Origin: Candidatus Latescibacterota bacterium
GTDB lineage: Bacteria; Latescibacterota; UBA2968; UBA8231
Direction: 5' to 3'
Length of the DNA: 64,000 nucleotides
Assembly: GCA_965223905.1 (NCBI GenBank)
Contig: CBDCXV010000001.1
Coordinates: 1,600,001-1,664,000, forward strand
Of this stretch, positions 10,035 to 21,033 are shown one piece after another. A program made the position numbers and the translations under genes. The notes beneath the pieces are model-generated. The model did no database searches. It had not been told where the DNA came from and worked only from the letters and a program-made list of their open reading frames with translations. Each line of letters starts with the position of its first letter. Position 1 is the first letter of the stretch.

Positions 10035-10478
10035 GCAGATCAGCTCATGGTACTTCCCCGGACGTGCCGGAGGACCGGGCGCCGATGGCCGATGATGGTC
10101 GTCCCCAAGAAGTTCGGGGACGACGCCGGCAAGGGGGTGCTGCTGGCGGTGCCGGGGGGCACGCAGATGATCTTCAATACCTACCTGTGGCACTCGGCCA
10201 CCCCATTCAGAGCGAGCGAGGGGCAGCGCTACTCGGTAACCCGGATCTACGGCCGCGCCGACCATTACTGGGAAGGGGTCCGCAGCTACACCAACCTGGC
10301 GTTGGTGGAGCCGTTCCGGGAGTTCATCGGCTCGATCAGCGCCGAGCAGCGGGAGCTGTTCCGGTTTCCCCCGGCGGGGGACTCGTACTACAACGGGGTG
10401 ACGCTGGCTGGGTTGGAGGAGCATTATCCTGGGTGGAAGGCGGGTGGAGAGTACACGGAGTGGGGCAACTTAGATTAA
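10035..10478 (+). pseudogene. Degenerate direct-repeat copy of the 3' half of the PhyH gene 8446..9255
   Basis: Aligns to about 8826-9250 from GCAGATCAGCTC; no 5' half; small indels near its start. Confidence 0.9.
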
Positions 10479-10588
10479 CATGGGAAGTAAAACGATAACA
10501 GCAAATAATACTGTGAAGGAAAGTTTGGGGGAAAGGTTTCTAAAGGTGTCTTTATCTTGTTGTTGATTACGATAAAGAAACAGGGGCT

Positions 10589-11605
10589 ATGAAACGATAC
10601 TGGACCACTGATGAATTTGTACTAAGGCAGAAACGTCGAATACGAAAATCAGAACGCCTAAAGCAGAAAAGGAGAAAACAGTATAGGAGACCGCGCAAGG
10701 AATCACCGAAACCCCGAGCGACACGCTCGGGTCTGGAAGAACAAACCCTGGTTGCACCAGAAGTACTTAATCTTTTTGTAGAACCTAATGAAACTCTCAA
10801 CTACTGTAACACATTGCGATATCACCTTAACAAACGGGAAATTAAAGTCGATCTTGATCTTCGCAATATCCGTAGTTTTTCAAGTGATGCGCTTCTTTTA
10901 ATGCGGGCAATCATTTTGAACTCAAGAAGCCCCACTCGATCAGTCGGTGGAAATCTGCCGGTGGATCCGAAGGTGGCTTCCGAATTCAAAGCATCTGGTT
11001 TTTTCCAGGGGTTTGATCAGCCACCTGCTGATCTTCCTCCTGCCAAGGGGTTGATGTTGGACAAATCAAATTTTCGGGTGTATGCGAAAACTGCTTCGGA
11101 GTTGGTGGATTTCGCTGAAAATCACGTTGCAATCACTAGAGAATGCACTAACGCATGTTTTCAGACTCTTGTTGAGGTCATGACGAATACACACAACCAC
11201 GCGGGTGACAAGAAGCCCGGCATGCGTGAAGAAAAATGGTTTGTCAGTGTTTACTGCATAGAAGGATTGGCTTACTTCAATTTTGTTGATCTTGGAATTG
11301 GCATTTTAAAGAGCGCCCAAGCTATCAATTTCCTGAAAAGATTCGGTTCATCGCTTTTTGCGTTTGGCCGAATCAGCCTACTAAAAGAGGCCTTCAATGG
11401 TACAATCGGGTCTGTTACCGGTAATCCAGGCAGGGGTCTCGGGCTTCCAAGAATGAAATGGGATGCGGAAAACGATAAGCTGTCTGATCTCCAGGTATTG
11501 ACTTCTAATGTAATCGGATCTGTTGCTGATTTAGATTTCAAATCAATTCACCCTTCATTACATGGCACATTGTTTCGTTGGTGCGCCGGACCCAAAGGAG
11601 TCTGA
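10589..11605 (+). CDS. STAS-like domain + GHKL (HATPase_c) anti-sigma-type kinase/ATPase
   Basis: LDLRNIRSFSSDALL (STAS-like); N box EVMTNTHNHA, G1 FVDLGIGI, G2 GRGLGL; low GC. Confidence 0.7.
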   Translation: MKRYWTTDEFVLRQKRRIRKSERLKQKRRKQYRRPRKESPKPRATRSGLEEQTLVAPEVLNLFVEPNETLNYCNTLRYHLNKREIKVDLDLRNIRSFSSDALLLMRAIILNSRSPTRSVGGNLPVDPKVASEFKASGFFQGFDQPPADLPPAKGLMLDKSNFRVYAKTASELVDFAENHVAITRECTNACFQTLVEVMTNTHNHAGDKKPGMREEKWFVSVYCIEGLAYFNFVDLGIGILKSAQAINFLKRFGSSLFAFGRISLLKEAFNGTIGSVTGNPGRGLGLPRMKWDAENDKLSDLQVLTSNVIGSVADLDFKSIHPSLHGTLFRWCAGPKGV

Positions 11606-11608
11606 GGA

Positions 11609-11962
11609 ATGATAAAAATCAATATAGCTAAAGATTTCACTCAATTTCCTGGTCCTCGATACAAAAATCAGGGACCGGGGTCCGGACAGGAGTTCCGGGA
11701 AAACCACTTAGAACCTGCGTTCCTGAAAGCCAGAGAGACTAGTGGGCAAGTCACAATCGAACTCGATGGTCTAAAATACAGTTACCCCACGTCCTTTCTT
11801 GAAGAGGCATTTGGGGGCCTTGCCAGGCAGTACGGAATAGATGAAGTTGAGCGAATCTTACGCTTCGTGTCGGCTAATGAACCATTACTCGACACCGAAT
11901 GTCGCCACTACATAAAGCATGCACACGATACGCCCGGGACAAGTTTTAGGGGGGAGAAATGA
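11609..11962 (+). CDS. STAS-like DUF4325 domain protein
   Basis: IAKDF..PGPRY...GSGQEFR...IELDG...SFLEEAFGGL. Confidence 0.8.
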   Translation: MIKINIAKDFTQFPGPRYKNQGPGSGQEFRENHLEPAFLKARETSGQVTIELDGLKYSYPTSFLEEAFGGLARQYGIDEVERILRFVSANEPLLDTECRHYIKHAHDTPGTSFRGEK

Positions 11963-12507
11963 AAATACCAAAAAAAATAATCCTTCCCTTAGTGATCGGC
12001 GTTCTCATTGGAACCTTTGTAATGTCGTGGGTGGATACACCTCACATTTCAATTTGCTTGATAAATGCGGGGGTAACCTTGGTGGTCGGCTGGTGGATCC
12101 ACAGCGCTGTTCGACGCAGGGGGGAATCAGAGCGCGTTTCGACCGATTACTTATCAAATCTTAGCCGCCGGATTGACGAGTTGATAATGACGTGTCAAGG
12201 CGTTACAAACAGGGGGCCCGACGGTACTATTGAATTCACACGGCTCTCGAATGAGATATATTGGTTATGCATTGTTGCGGAGAAAATGAAACCCAGTCTG
12301 ACTTCATCGGTAGAAAAACTCCGTACACATTTCTTTATTTTCAAAACGCACTTGACCGGGGATGCTAATCCAGAAATTGGATTGGCATTGATGGAAGCAA
12401 ACGAAATGCGAATGACAGTTTTGAAAATCCATTGGGATCTGTGTCGATGTGTCTTAGATCGAAGGACTGATACGGGCCTTTTTCCCGGTTTCGAGGATGA
12501 TGTTTGA
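11959..12507 (+). CDS. Hypothetical protein with two N-terminal transmembrane segments
   Basis: Hydrophobic IILPLVIGVLIGTFVM and ISICLINAGVTLVVGWW; ATGA overlap with the upstream gene. Confidence 0.7.
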   Translation: MKIPKKIILPLVIGVLIGTFVMSWVDTPHISICLINAGVTLVVGWWIHSAVRRRGESERVSTDYLSNLSRRIDELIMTCQGVTNRGPDGTIEFTRLSNEIYWLCIVAEKMKPSLTSSVEKLRTHFFIFKTHLTGDANPEIGLALMEANEMRMTVLKIHWDLCRCVLDRRTDTGLFPGFEDDV

Positions 12508-12532
12508 AGTGGTCCGAAAGTAGGTGCTGGGT

Positions 12533-13273
12533 TTAAATTTTTTGCAGCGCCAGCCAGCGTTCCCACCAGACTCGCACCAGGTCGGGCAGGGCCGGCCCGA
12601 TGTTCTCCGCCACGCGCCACTGGAAGCAGTTGTCGGGCTCCAGCTTGGGTTCGTCCGGGTCGTACTTGCACAGCCCTCCTCTCAACACGAGCCGCTCGTT
12701 CACCCCCGGGGGCAGCTTGCCGCGGTGGATGGTGTTGCCGTCCCAGAACAGGGTCTGGCCCCGCTTGAGGACGACGTTCTCCATGCCGGGGAGATCCCTG
12801 TGCCTGTCGGAGACGAGGGCGTCCCGCTCCTCGTCGGTGCGGTAGCGGCTCTGGCTCCAGGGGACCAGCCACAGGCAGGGGTCGTCGATCAGGGCCGGCT
12901 GCCAGCGGAAGTTGGTCTTCGGCTTGTTGAGGAGGGCCATCTCCCCGTCGTAGGGGAGGTCGCGGTTCGTCCCCCCAACGTCCCGGTGCCAGCCGGTGTC
13001 GTAGGTCTCCCGGGCGTTGCGCAGGTGGACGTAGCCCAGCCGTAACTCCTTGCCCAGGAAGGCCTCGACGTATTGCAGCAGCTTCGGGGTCAGGAAATGC
13101 TCGCCGAATACGGGCTCGCCGAACTCGGGGGCGATCAGCCCGAAAATCGCCCCGGCGTCGGGCCCCATGCCGGGGACGTCCACCTCTCCGGACCGCACCT
13201 TGTTCCAGACGTTCCAGGAGGCGGTCTCGAGCCGTTTCAGCATATCCGGGCCGAAGACGTCGTAAGATGCACC
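12533..13273 (-). pseudogene. 5'-truncated PhyH-family dioxygenase
   Basis: WHRD, CLWLVPWS, IHRG; the frame runs upstream straight into the stop codon of the CARDB segment and the usual N-terminal 'GY/F..V' region is missing. Confidence 0.65.
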
Positions 13274-13534
13274 CTAATTTGACTCGCCGACTTGAATCGA
13301 GCCACAGTTGTTTTGGGTGTTCGACTCTCCTGCGACCGCATCCACACAGGCAATGTAGTACGTGCCCTCACTCGGCTGGGTGGTTAGATCGATCTGCTCA
13401 TTCCTGATGACGGCAGGCGCCAGGGCGTCCACGGTGTCCGTGCCGACTTCCGTATCGTCTGGAGAAAACGTCGCGTCTGCCGACCGGTAGTAGCGCAGGG
13501 TTGTAGCCGCCGACGTAACATCGCCATCATTTTG

Positions 13535-14997
13535 GGCTATATACGGGTTTTTCAACGTGGTATTTATAGCGTTTCCCCAATGAGATTTTTAGGGTTTCAT
13601 ACTGTACGGAATCGGGCCGGAATCTGCGCAGGGATATCGAGGTCTCCGACGCACAGGTAAATCAGGTCGGCAAAGGCATCCAGAGTTTTAAATCCACTGG
13701 CTCGATTCTTGACCATGCGGATAATGCGATTGAGCCCTTCGGCGGCGGCGTTGGTCAGGTGCGTGTCGACGAAGGCGGTGATGCCGGCCGCCTGCTTGCG
13801 CACCGTGTTGACGAACTTGCGCAGGGGCTGCAGGCGGCTGCGCAGGGCCGCCGTCGTCCACTTCTTGAGGAAGCGTTCGGCGGCCCAGCGCGCCTTGTAG
13901 CGCCAGAAGTGCTCGAACTCGTCCTTCAGGCTTAGGCGCGGTAGATGCGGCGGTTGGCCTTCTCCAGGGTTTGGAGCGTGCGCCGATCCTTTCGCGAGCG
14001 CTGGGCGGAGTGATGCAGCAGCACCCAGCGCAGGCCCTTGAGCAGCTTGCGGTCCTCGCCACAGGCTTGCCGCCACTGCTCCTTGCGCACCTCGTCGACG
14101 GCTTCGTTGAGGGCCTTGACGACGTGGAATCGGTCCAGGACCAACTCGGCGTTGGGACAATGCTGCCGGATGGCGCCGATGAAGGTCTCGCTCAGGTCGC
14201 AGCAGGCCCAGCGGATGCGGTCCTTCTGGAAGTCGCTGAGATGGTCCCGGAAAAACGCGTCGATGGTCTTCCGTGCCTTGCCCTTGCCGACCCAGACGAC
14301 ACGGGAGCGTTCCAGGTCGTAGACCAGGGTAGCGTATTTATGGCCCTTGGCGTAGGAGATCTCGTCGATGCCGAGGGTCTTCAGCCGGCGGATGCGGTGC
14401 CCCGTACGCCGGCGCTCGATGAGCCGGTGCAGCTGGTCGGACAGGGTCGACGGGGCCAGACCCAGCAGGCGCGCGGCGGCGGCCTGCGTCATCCACTGGC
14501 AGTACCTCAGCAGCAGGTATTCGAAGCGGTAGCTGACCTGGGCCGAGGGCGCCGCCCAGGGCACCTCCTCGACGCGACGGCCGTGGGTCGGGCAGCGGAT
14601 CTCCCGAGGGGCGTGGTGCAACCAGAGGGTACGGCCGCAAACGCGGACGTCGCGCCAGCGGCGGAACTCCATGACCTGTACGATCTTGCCGCGGCGCCCA
14701 CACTCGGGACACCGGCACCCGTTCCTTTGGGGCTTCACCGCGATCACGACGGCCGCTTCTTCCCCGTGTCCTTCGAACCACACGCCCACCGCGCGAAATC
14801 CCTTGAATTGGAACAGCTTGGAGACGAACTTCATAGCGGTCATAGGTCGCCTTCCCTTCCCTTTCTTGGGGAGTGCTTGATGGGGATACACCAAGCATAG
14901 GGAACGACCTATGGCCTTGTCATGTACTCAGATGGACAGCAAGGGCTCAGGTACTTTCCGTACTTACGTTTCGGCGTTGAAAAACCCGGATAGACCC
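13535..14997 (-). mobile_element. ISL3-family IS (transposase frameshifted ~13932), 8-bp TSD TCATTTTG
   Basis: CPECG zinc ribbon, LGIDE, LDRFHVVK, TNAAAEGLN; inverted repeats GGGTCTATCCGGGTTTTTCAA / GGCTATATACGGGTTTTTCAA; TSD at 13527-13534 and 14998-15005. Confidence 0.93.
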
Positions 14998-15129
14998 TCA
15001 TTTTGAACCCCTACCTCCAGCGAAAAACCAAATGCGCCCTCGGGATTGACCCAAGGACTATGGGACACCACAAGAGCATGGATGTCCAAGTCTGGTTAAT
15101 TCCCGGGTGGCGGCGGTGGCGCACTGACG

Positions 15130-16720
15130 GTCACTTGCACCCCGCTGGAGCAGTTGTTGCCGGTGGCGGATTCTTCAGAAACCGCATCAACGCAAGCCCC
15201 GTAGTAGTACGTGCCCGCCGTCGCCGGTGCCGTCAGACGAATCGTTGCCGCGTAGTTTTGCAGAGGGCCTTTCTCCCCCACTACATCCGTGCCCTCCAAC
15301 ATGTCGGATGTCGTGATCGTCGCGTCCGTCGAGCGGAAGTACCGCACCGTTGTGGTTGCCGACTGTGCATCTCCCTGGTTGTGCACCGTCACAATTAGCC
15401 TGAACGTCCCGCCCGTCTCCGGGGTGCTGTCGCTCACATTTGGCCCTAGCACAATCAAGTCCGGCGCAGGCCCCTCCCCCTCCACCGTGACCGTCACTTG
15501 CACCCCGCTGGAACAGTTGTTCCCGGTGGCGGATTCTCCAGAAACCGCATCAACGCACACCCCGTAGTAGTAGGTGCCCGCGTCCGTCGGTGCCGTCAGA
15601 CTGATCTCGATCTCTTCACTGTTAGTACCGGAGGCCGTAAGGGCGCCTACCTCACCCGTGCCCACCTGCGTATCGCTCGAAGAGATCGACCTGTCCGTTG
15701 AACGGTAGTAGCGTAGCGTCGTCGCCGACGACGAACCATTGCCCTGGTTGTGCACCGTCGGAAATAGCCCGAACGTCTCGCCCGTCTCCAGGGTGCTGTC
15801 GCTCACATTTAGCCCTAGCACAACCAAGTCCGGCGCAGGCCCCTCCCCCTCCACCGTGACCGTCACTTGCACCCCGCTGGAACAGTTGTTCCCAGTGGCG
15901 GATTCTCCAGAAACCGCATCAACGCAAGCCCCGTAGTAGTACGTGCCCGCCGTCGCCGGTGCCGTCAGACGAATCGTTGCCGCGTAGTTTTGCAGAGGGC
16001 CTTTCTCCCCCACTACATCCGTGCCCTCCAACATGTCGGATGTCGTGATCGTCGCGTCCGTCGAGCGGAAGTACCGCACCGTTGTGGTTGCCGACTGTGC
16101 ATCTCCCTGGTTGTGCACCGTCACAATTAGCCTGAACGTCCCGCCCGTCTCCGGGGTGCTGTCGCTCACATTTGGCCCTAGCACAATCAAGTCCGGCGCA
16201 GGCCCCTCCCCCTCCACCGTGACCGTCACTTGCACCCCGCTGGAACAGTTGTTCCCGGTGGCGGATTCTCCAGAAACCGCATCAACGCACACCCCGTAGT
16301 AGTAGGTGCCCGCGTCCGTCGGTGCCGTCAGACTGATCTCGATCTCTTCACTGTTAGTACCGGAGGCCGTAAGGGCGCCTACCTCACCCGTGCCCACCTG
16401 CGTATCGCTCGAAGAGATCGACCTGTCCGTTGAACGGTAGTAGCGTAGCGTCGTCGCCGACGACGAACCATTGCCCTGGTTGTGCACCGTCGGAAATAGC
16501 CCGAACGTCTCGCCCGTCTCCAGGGTGCTGTCGCTCACATTTAGCCCTAGCACAACCAAGTCCGGCGCAGGCCCCTCCCCCTCCACCGTGACCGTCACTT
16601 GCACCCCGCTGGAACAGTTGTTCCCAGTGGCGGATTCTCCAGAAACCGCATCAACGCAAGCCCCGTAGTAGTAGGTGCCCGCGCCCGTCGGTGCCGTCAG
16701 ACTGATCTCCTCACTGCTAG
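15130..16720. repeat. Near-perfect 732-bp tandem repeat (two alternating CARDB domains per unit)
   Basis: Identical shadow ORFs offset by exactly 732 bp (15289/16021, 15498/16230, 15739/16471). Confidence 0.9.
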
Positions 16721-19700
16721 TACCGGAGGCCGTAAGGGCGCCTACCTCACCCGTGCCCACCTGCGTATCGCTCGAAGAGATCGACCTGTCCGTTGAACGG
16801 TAGTAGTGCAGCGTCGTCGACGCTGACGAGCCATTGCCGCTGTTGCGTACCGTAACGCTCAATGTGAAGGATGTTGCGGCATCCGGGCTGCTGTTGCTGA
16901 CCGAAGGAGACTCAATTACCAGATCAGGTGCATTGTTCTGCGTTGGTGGTGGAGTGCCTCCAGTTGCTACCGCCACCGCCAGATTTTGTCGGTGTCTCCG
17001 GTTCCACGGTCACGGCCCCACCGCCTGATGTTTCCGGTGTCTTCGGTTCCACGGTCACGGCGCCATCGCTTGATGTTGCCAGCGTCTCCGGTTCCACGGT
17101 CACCGCCACCGGCAGGGTGGTTTCCAGGCCCCCTTCATCGCGGGCGGTAACCGCGACCGTCACCCGGCCGGTGGAGACCGGCGTGATGGTCAGCTCCGAG
17201 TCCATCAGACTCGCGGTGGCGACCGCCTCGTCGCTCGACGAGACCGTGTAGGTCAGCGTCCCTCCTTCCGGGTCGCGGAAGCGGCCGGCCAGGTTCAGGG
17301 CCGCCGCCTCACCTTCCACCTTGAGGATCTGCGCCGGCAGGCCGGTGCCCAGGGTCAGGCCGTACGGCTCCTTCAGGCCTTCGGTGATCAGGTCTTCCAC
17401 GTCGCTGCCGTCCAGGTTGGCCCGCTGGATCTTGTCGGTGCCGTAGTCGGTCCAGTAGATCTTGCCGCCTCCCAGGTCGAGGGCGATCGCCTGGGAGGTT
17501 CGCAGGCCTTCGGTGACCAGGTCTTCTACCTGTGAGCCGTCGAGATTGGCCCGCTGGATTTTGTCGGTGCCCCAGTCGGGCCAGTACATCTTGCCCCCTG
17601 CCAGGTCGAGGGCGATACCCCGGGGTTGATTGAGGCCGGTGACCAGGTCCTCGACCTCGGAGCCGTCGAGGTTGGCCCGCTGGATCTTGTCGGCGCCCCA
17701 GTCGGTCCAGTACATCTTGCCGCCGGCCACGTCGAGGGCGAGGCCGTAGGGCTCGTTCAACCCGTCGGTGACCAGGTCCTCGATTTCGGAGCCGTCGAGG
17801 TTGGCGCGCTGGATTTTGTCGATTCCCCAGTCGGTCCAGTACATCTTGCCCCTGGCCAGATCGAGGGCGACGCCGAACGGCGCCTTCAAGCCCTCGACGA
17901 CCAGGTCCTCTGCGTGGCTGCCGTCCAAGTTGGCGCGCCGGATCTTGTCGACGACGCTGTCGGTCCAGTACATGCGGCCGCCGTCCCGGTCCAGGGCGAT
18001 GCCCCGGGGCTGCTTGAGTCCGGTTACCAGGGTGCGGATGTCGCTGCCGTCGAGGTTGGACCGCTGAATGCGGTCGGTGCGGGCGTCGGTCCAATAGAGC
18101 AGGGGCACGGCTACGGGAGGGTGGTTGTCCGCAGCGGTCGGAGTCCGGGTCAGGGCCAGGCCCCGCGGGCTCTGCAAGCCCTCGCTCACCAGGTCTTCCA
18201 CCTCGGAACCGTCGAGGTTGGACCGCTGGATCATGTCGGTGCCGCTGTCGGTCCAGTAGAGCTTGCCCGCAGCCGCGTCCACGATGAGACCCCGGGGAGT
18301 GTGCAGGCCGATGGTGACCAGGTCTTCGACTTCCGTGCCGTCGAGGTTGGCGCGTTGGATCTTGTCGGTGCCGTTGTCGGTCCAGTAGAGCTTGCCGCCG
18401 GTTGCGTCGAGGGCCAGCCCCCGGGGAATGCTCAGGCCGGTGGTGACGAGGTCCTCGATCTCGCTGCCGTCGAGGTTGGCGCGCTGGATTTTGTCGGTGC
18501 CGCTGTCGGTCCAGTAGAGCTTGCCGCCGGCTACATCGAGAGCCAGGCTCAACGGCGACTGCAGGCCGGTGACGAGGTCTTCCACCTCGGAGCCGTCGAG
18601 ATTGGCGCGCTGGATTTTGTCGGTGCCGTTGTCGGACCAATAGAGTTTGCCCGCAACCGCGTCGAGGGCCAGGGCCAAAGGGGTCTGCAGACCGTTGGTG
18701 ACCAGGTCTTCGATTTCGGAGCCGTCGAGGTTGGCGCGCTGGATCTTGTCGGTGCCGTAGTCGGTCCAGTACAGCTTGGAGGCCGCCGCGTCCACGACCA
18801 AGCCGCGCGGATAGACCAGGCCGCTGTCGACGACGTCCTCGACCCCGGAGCCGTCGAGGTGAGCCCGTTGAATCCGGTCGCTGCCCGCGTCCGTCCAGTA
18901 GAGCCGCGGTCCTTCGTCATCTGCCCCCACCGGGGCGCCGATCCCATCCGGAAGCGACAGGTCGGACGGGTCCGCATGGTACGCAACGATGAAGCGGGCG
19001 TCGGCCAGATCCACCTGACCGTCCCGGTTGACGTCCCCCAGGGTGATATCCCCGTTGGGAATGGAAAGGGAGGGGTCCTCGCTGTACGAGGCGACCAGCA
19101 GGGCGTCGGCGAGATCGACCTGGCCGTTGTTGTCGACATCTCCCAGGAGGCCGCCTGCGGCCACCTTTCCGCGAGGCAAGCTGGCCAGCGTTTCCACCCG
19201 GATTTCGACCGGACCGTCCTCCACCCGGAATGCCGGGTCGACGTAGGGGATGAGTCCCGGGCCAGTGACCGTCAACCCGTAGACCTGCCCTTGGTCGCCG
19301 GGGGGGACCCACGACCCTGATGCTATCGCTCCCGCAGTCCTGCTTGATGGATCCGCTGCACCGTCGGTGCCCGGGCTGGCTGAGGTCCCGCCACCGGAGG
19401 GAGCTATTCCCGCCGAGCCCACCGGCCCGTCCAGCAGCACCATCGACCGGGTCAGGCGCTCCCCGCCGGCCAGCAGCCGGTACAAGTACACCCCTGTAGC
19501 CACGCCCCGCCCCGAGGCATCGGTCGCGTGCCATGTCGCCGTGTGAAAACCAGCCGCCTGTTTCCCGTCGACCAGGGTGGCAACCCGCTGCCCCAGGATG
19601 TTGAACACCTCCAGCCGCACCCGAGTCGGGGCGGGCAGCTGGTACGGGATGATCGTCGAGGGATTGAACGGGTTGGGGTAGTTCTGGCCCAGGTGCATGT

Positions 19701-20112
19701 GCGCCGGCCGGGGGGCGGCCTGGCGCAGGGCGTTCAGGGGAAAGGCGAAGTAGCCGCTCTCATCGGCGGTGGCCCGTAGCGAGCGCCCCAGCTCGGCGAA
19801 CAGCCGCACCCGCGCCCCGGCCGCCGGGGCGCCCGAAGACAGAAGCACACGCCCCTCCAGAAGCGGCTCGGCGCCGGCGCCTGACCCCGGTGCCGCGAGG
19901 CAGCCGAGCACCGCCAGCAGCCATCCGAAACCGCCGGCCCCCGGGAAAGAGGCCCAGGAGCGTCGGGCGGACAGGGTGCGGGAAGTGGACAGGGTGCGGG
20001 AAGTATCCATGGGGTTCTCCAGTCGCAAGGTCGGCCGCATGCAGGACCGGGGTTGCCGAAGCCCCGGCAGGAACGCACCGGGGGCCCCGCGCGTTCGGAT
20101 CCTGTGGATGTA

Positions 20113-20128
20113 TGCAAAGACTGTGCCA
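20113..20128 (-). promoter_or_regulatory. Sigma54 -24/-12 promoter for the giant surface-protein gene
   Basis: Minus strand TGGCACAGTCTTTGCA = TGGCAC-N5-TTGCA, about 100 bp upstream of ATG 20010. Confidence 0.75.
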
Positions 20129-20207
20129 TCTGGAAAGAAATGGAGCTAACTACTTGCAGATAAAGGGGTTAACCCATATGGAGTGAAGCGAGGAAAAAGG
20201 GGTCGAG

Positions 20208-20361
20208 TGTCGCATTTTGGAACACTTCTGCGCCTGCTCCAGGGGTCGACTGAAGGGGAGTCAACTGTTCAACCAACTGTTTATAAACGGGTTATATAAA
20301 CCCAGGGGGCGGCAGTGAGGCCGTGTGTCGCGATGTGCGACGCCTGTCTCATTTTGCGACA
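20208..20361. promoter_or_regulatory. Three related 17-bp palindromes, candidate enhancer-binding-protein sites
   Basis: TGTCGCATTTTGGAACA (20208), TGTCGCGATGTGCGACG (20326), TGTCTCATTTTGCGACA (20345), 80-230 bp upstream of the sigma54 site. Confidence 0.55.
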
Positions 20362-21033
20362 CAAAGGGCAACGGCAGGAAATGGGCCCGTGCGATCGGAT
20401 CTCCGGCGCGGAGGGCCCGCATCCGCAGCCCGCCGACAGCCAGAAAAACCCGAGAGGAACAGCGGCAGCAACCAGCCAAGGGGGCCGGTGTCGCACCCGG
20501 CCGGACGGCGGTACCCGGACCCGCCAACCGGCCGCAAGGGCCAGGACGATGGCCACGAGTGGGCTGAGGATCGGGCGGCTCACTCGCTCTCGGTGGTGCT
20601 CTTTACTTCAAGGACGATGGTCGCAGGCTTGTCAGGGATGGCGTCGGGATGCGCTATGACGGCACCCCCGTTCGTCAGCCTTCACCGGGAAGGACGGGGG
20701 ACTTATCGTGGCGGGGGTCAACGCGAAAAAGTGGGATCGGTGGACGACACGGTCCGGGCACTCCTGCTTCCGGCTCCCGCCCGCCGTGCCCTTCGCGCGG
20801 GCGTGGCCGGCCGCAGGTTCCAGCCGTTCTCGGTCACCTCGTAGCGGATGTAGCTGTCCCTGCGCACGGGCCCATAGCGCGCGGAGGCCGCCTCATGGCA
20901 GCCCATCCCCGATTCGCTTCACCCTCAAGTGAGGGAGCGGAAGATTTGCAACCAAGAATCGCAGCTTGTCGAGCTCCACGGGAGCCGGGGAGCCCGTAGT
21001 CCCTCGCACCGCCCCTGCACCGCGACTCCGCTG

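Larger units (their letters stand above)
13274..20010 (-). pseudogene. Giant secreted/surface protein: signal peptide, FlgD/T9SS-type Ig domain, dockerin-like EF-hand, two YWTD (LDLR class B) propellers, Ig-like, Pro/Thr linker, six CARDB-like domains; broken by a frameshift (~16970), an in-frame TAA (15096) and ISL3
   Basis: QNYPNPFNPST, GDVDNNGQVDLAD x2, about ten YWTD-type repeats, PDLV...YYGACVDAV..E...NNC repeats; removing ISL3 rejoins FSLEVGVQ|NDGDVTSAATTLRYY in frame. Confidence 0.85.

Noticed and set aside
8826-10478. Diversity-generating retroelement template/variable repeat interpretation of the gene-tail repeats
   Set aside because: No reverse transcriptase in the window, and the differences include indels and non-adenine changes
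20281-20999. Several short ORFs between the giant gene and PhyH
   Set aside because: No motifs or consistent codon bias; likely regulatory DNA and decayed scraps
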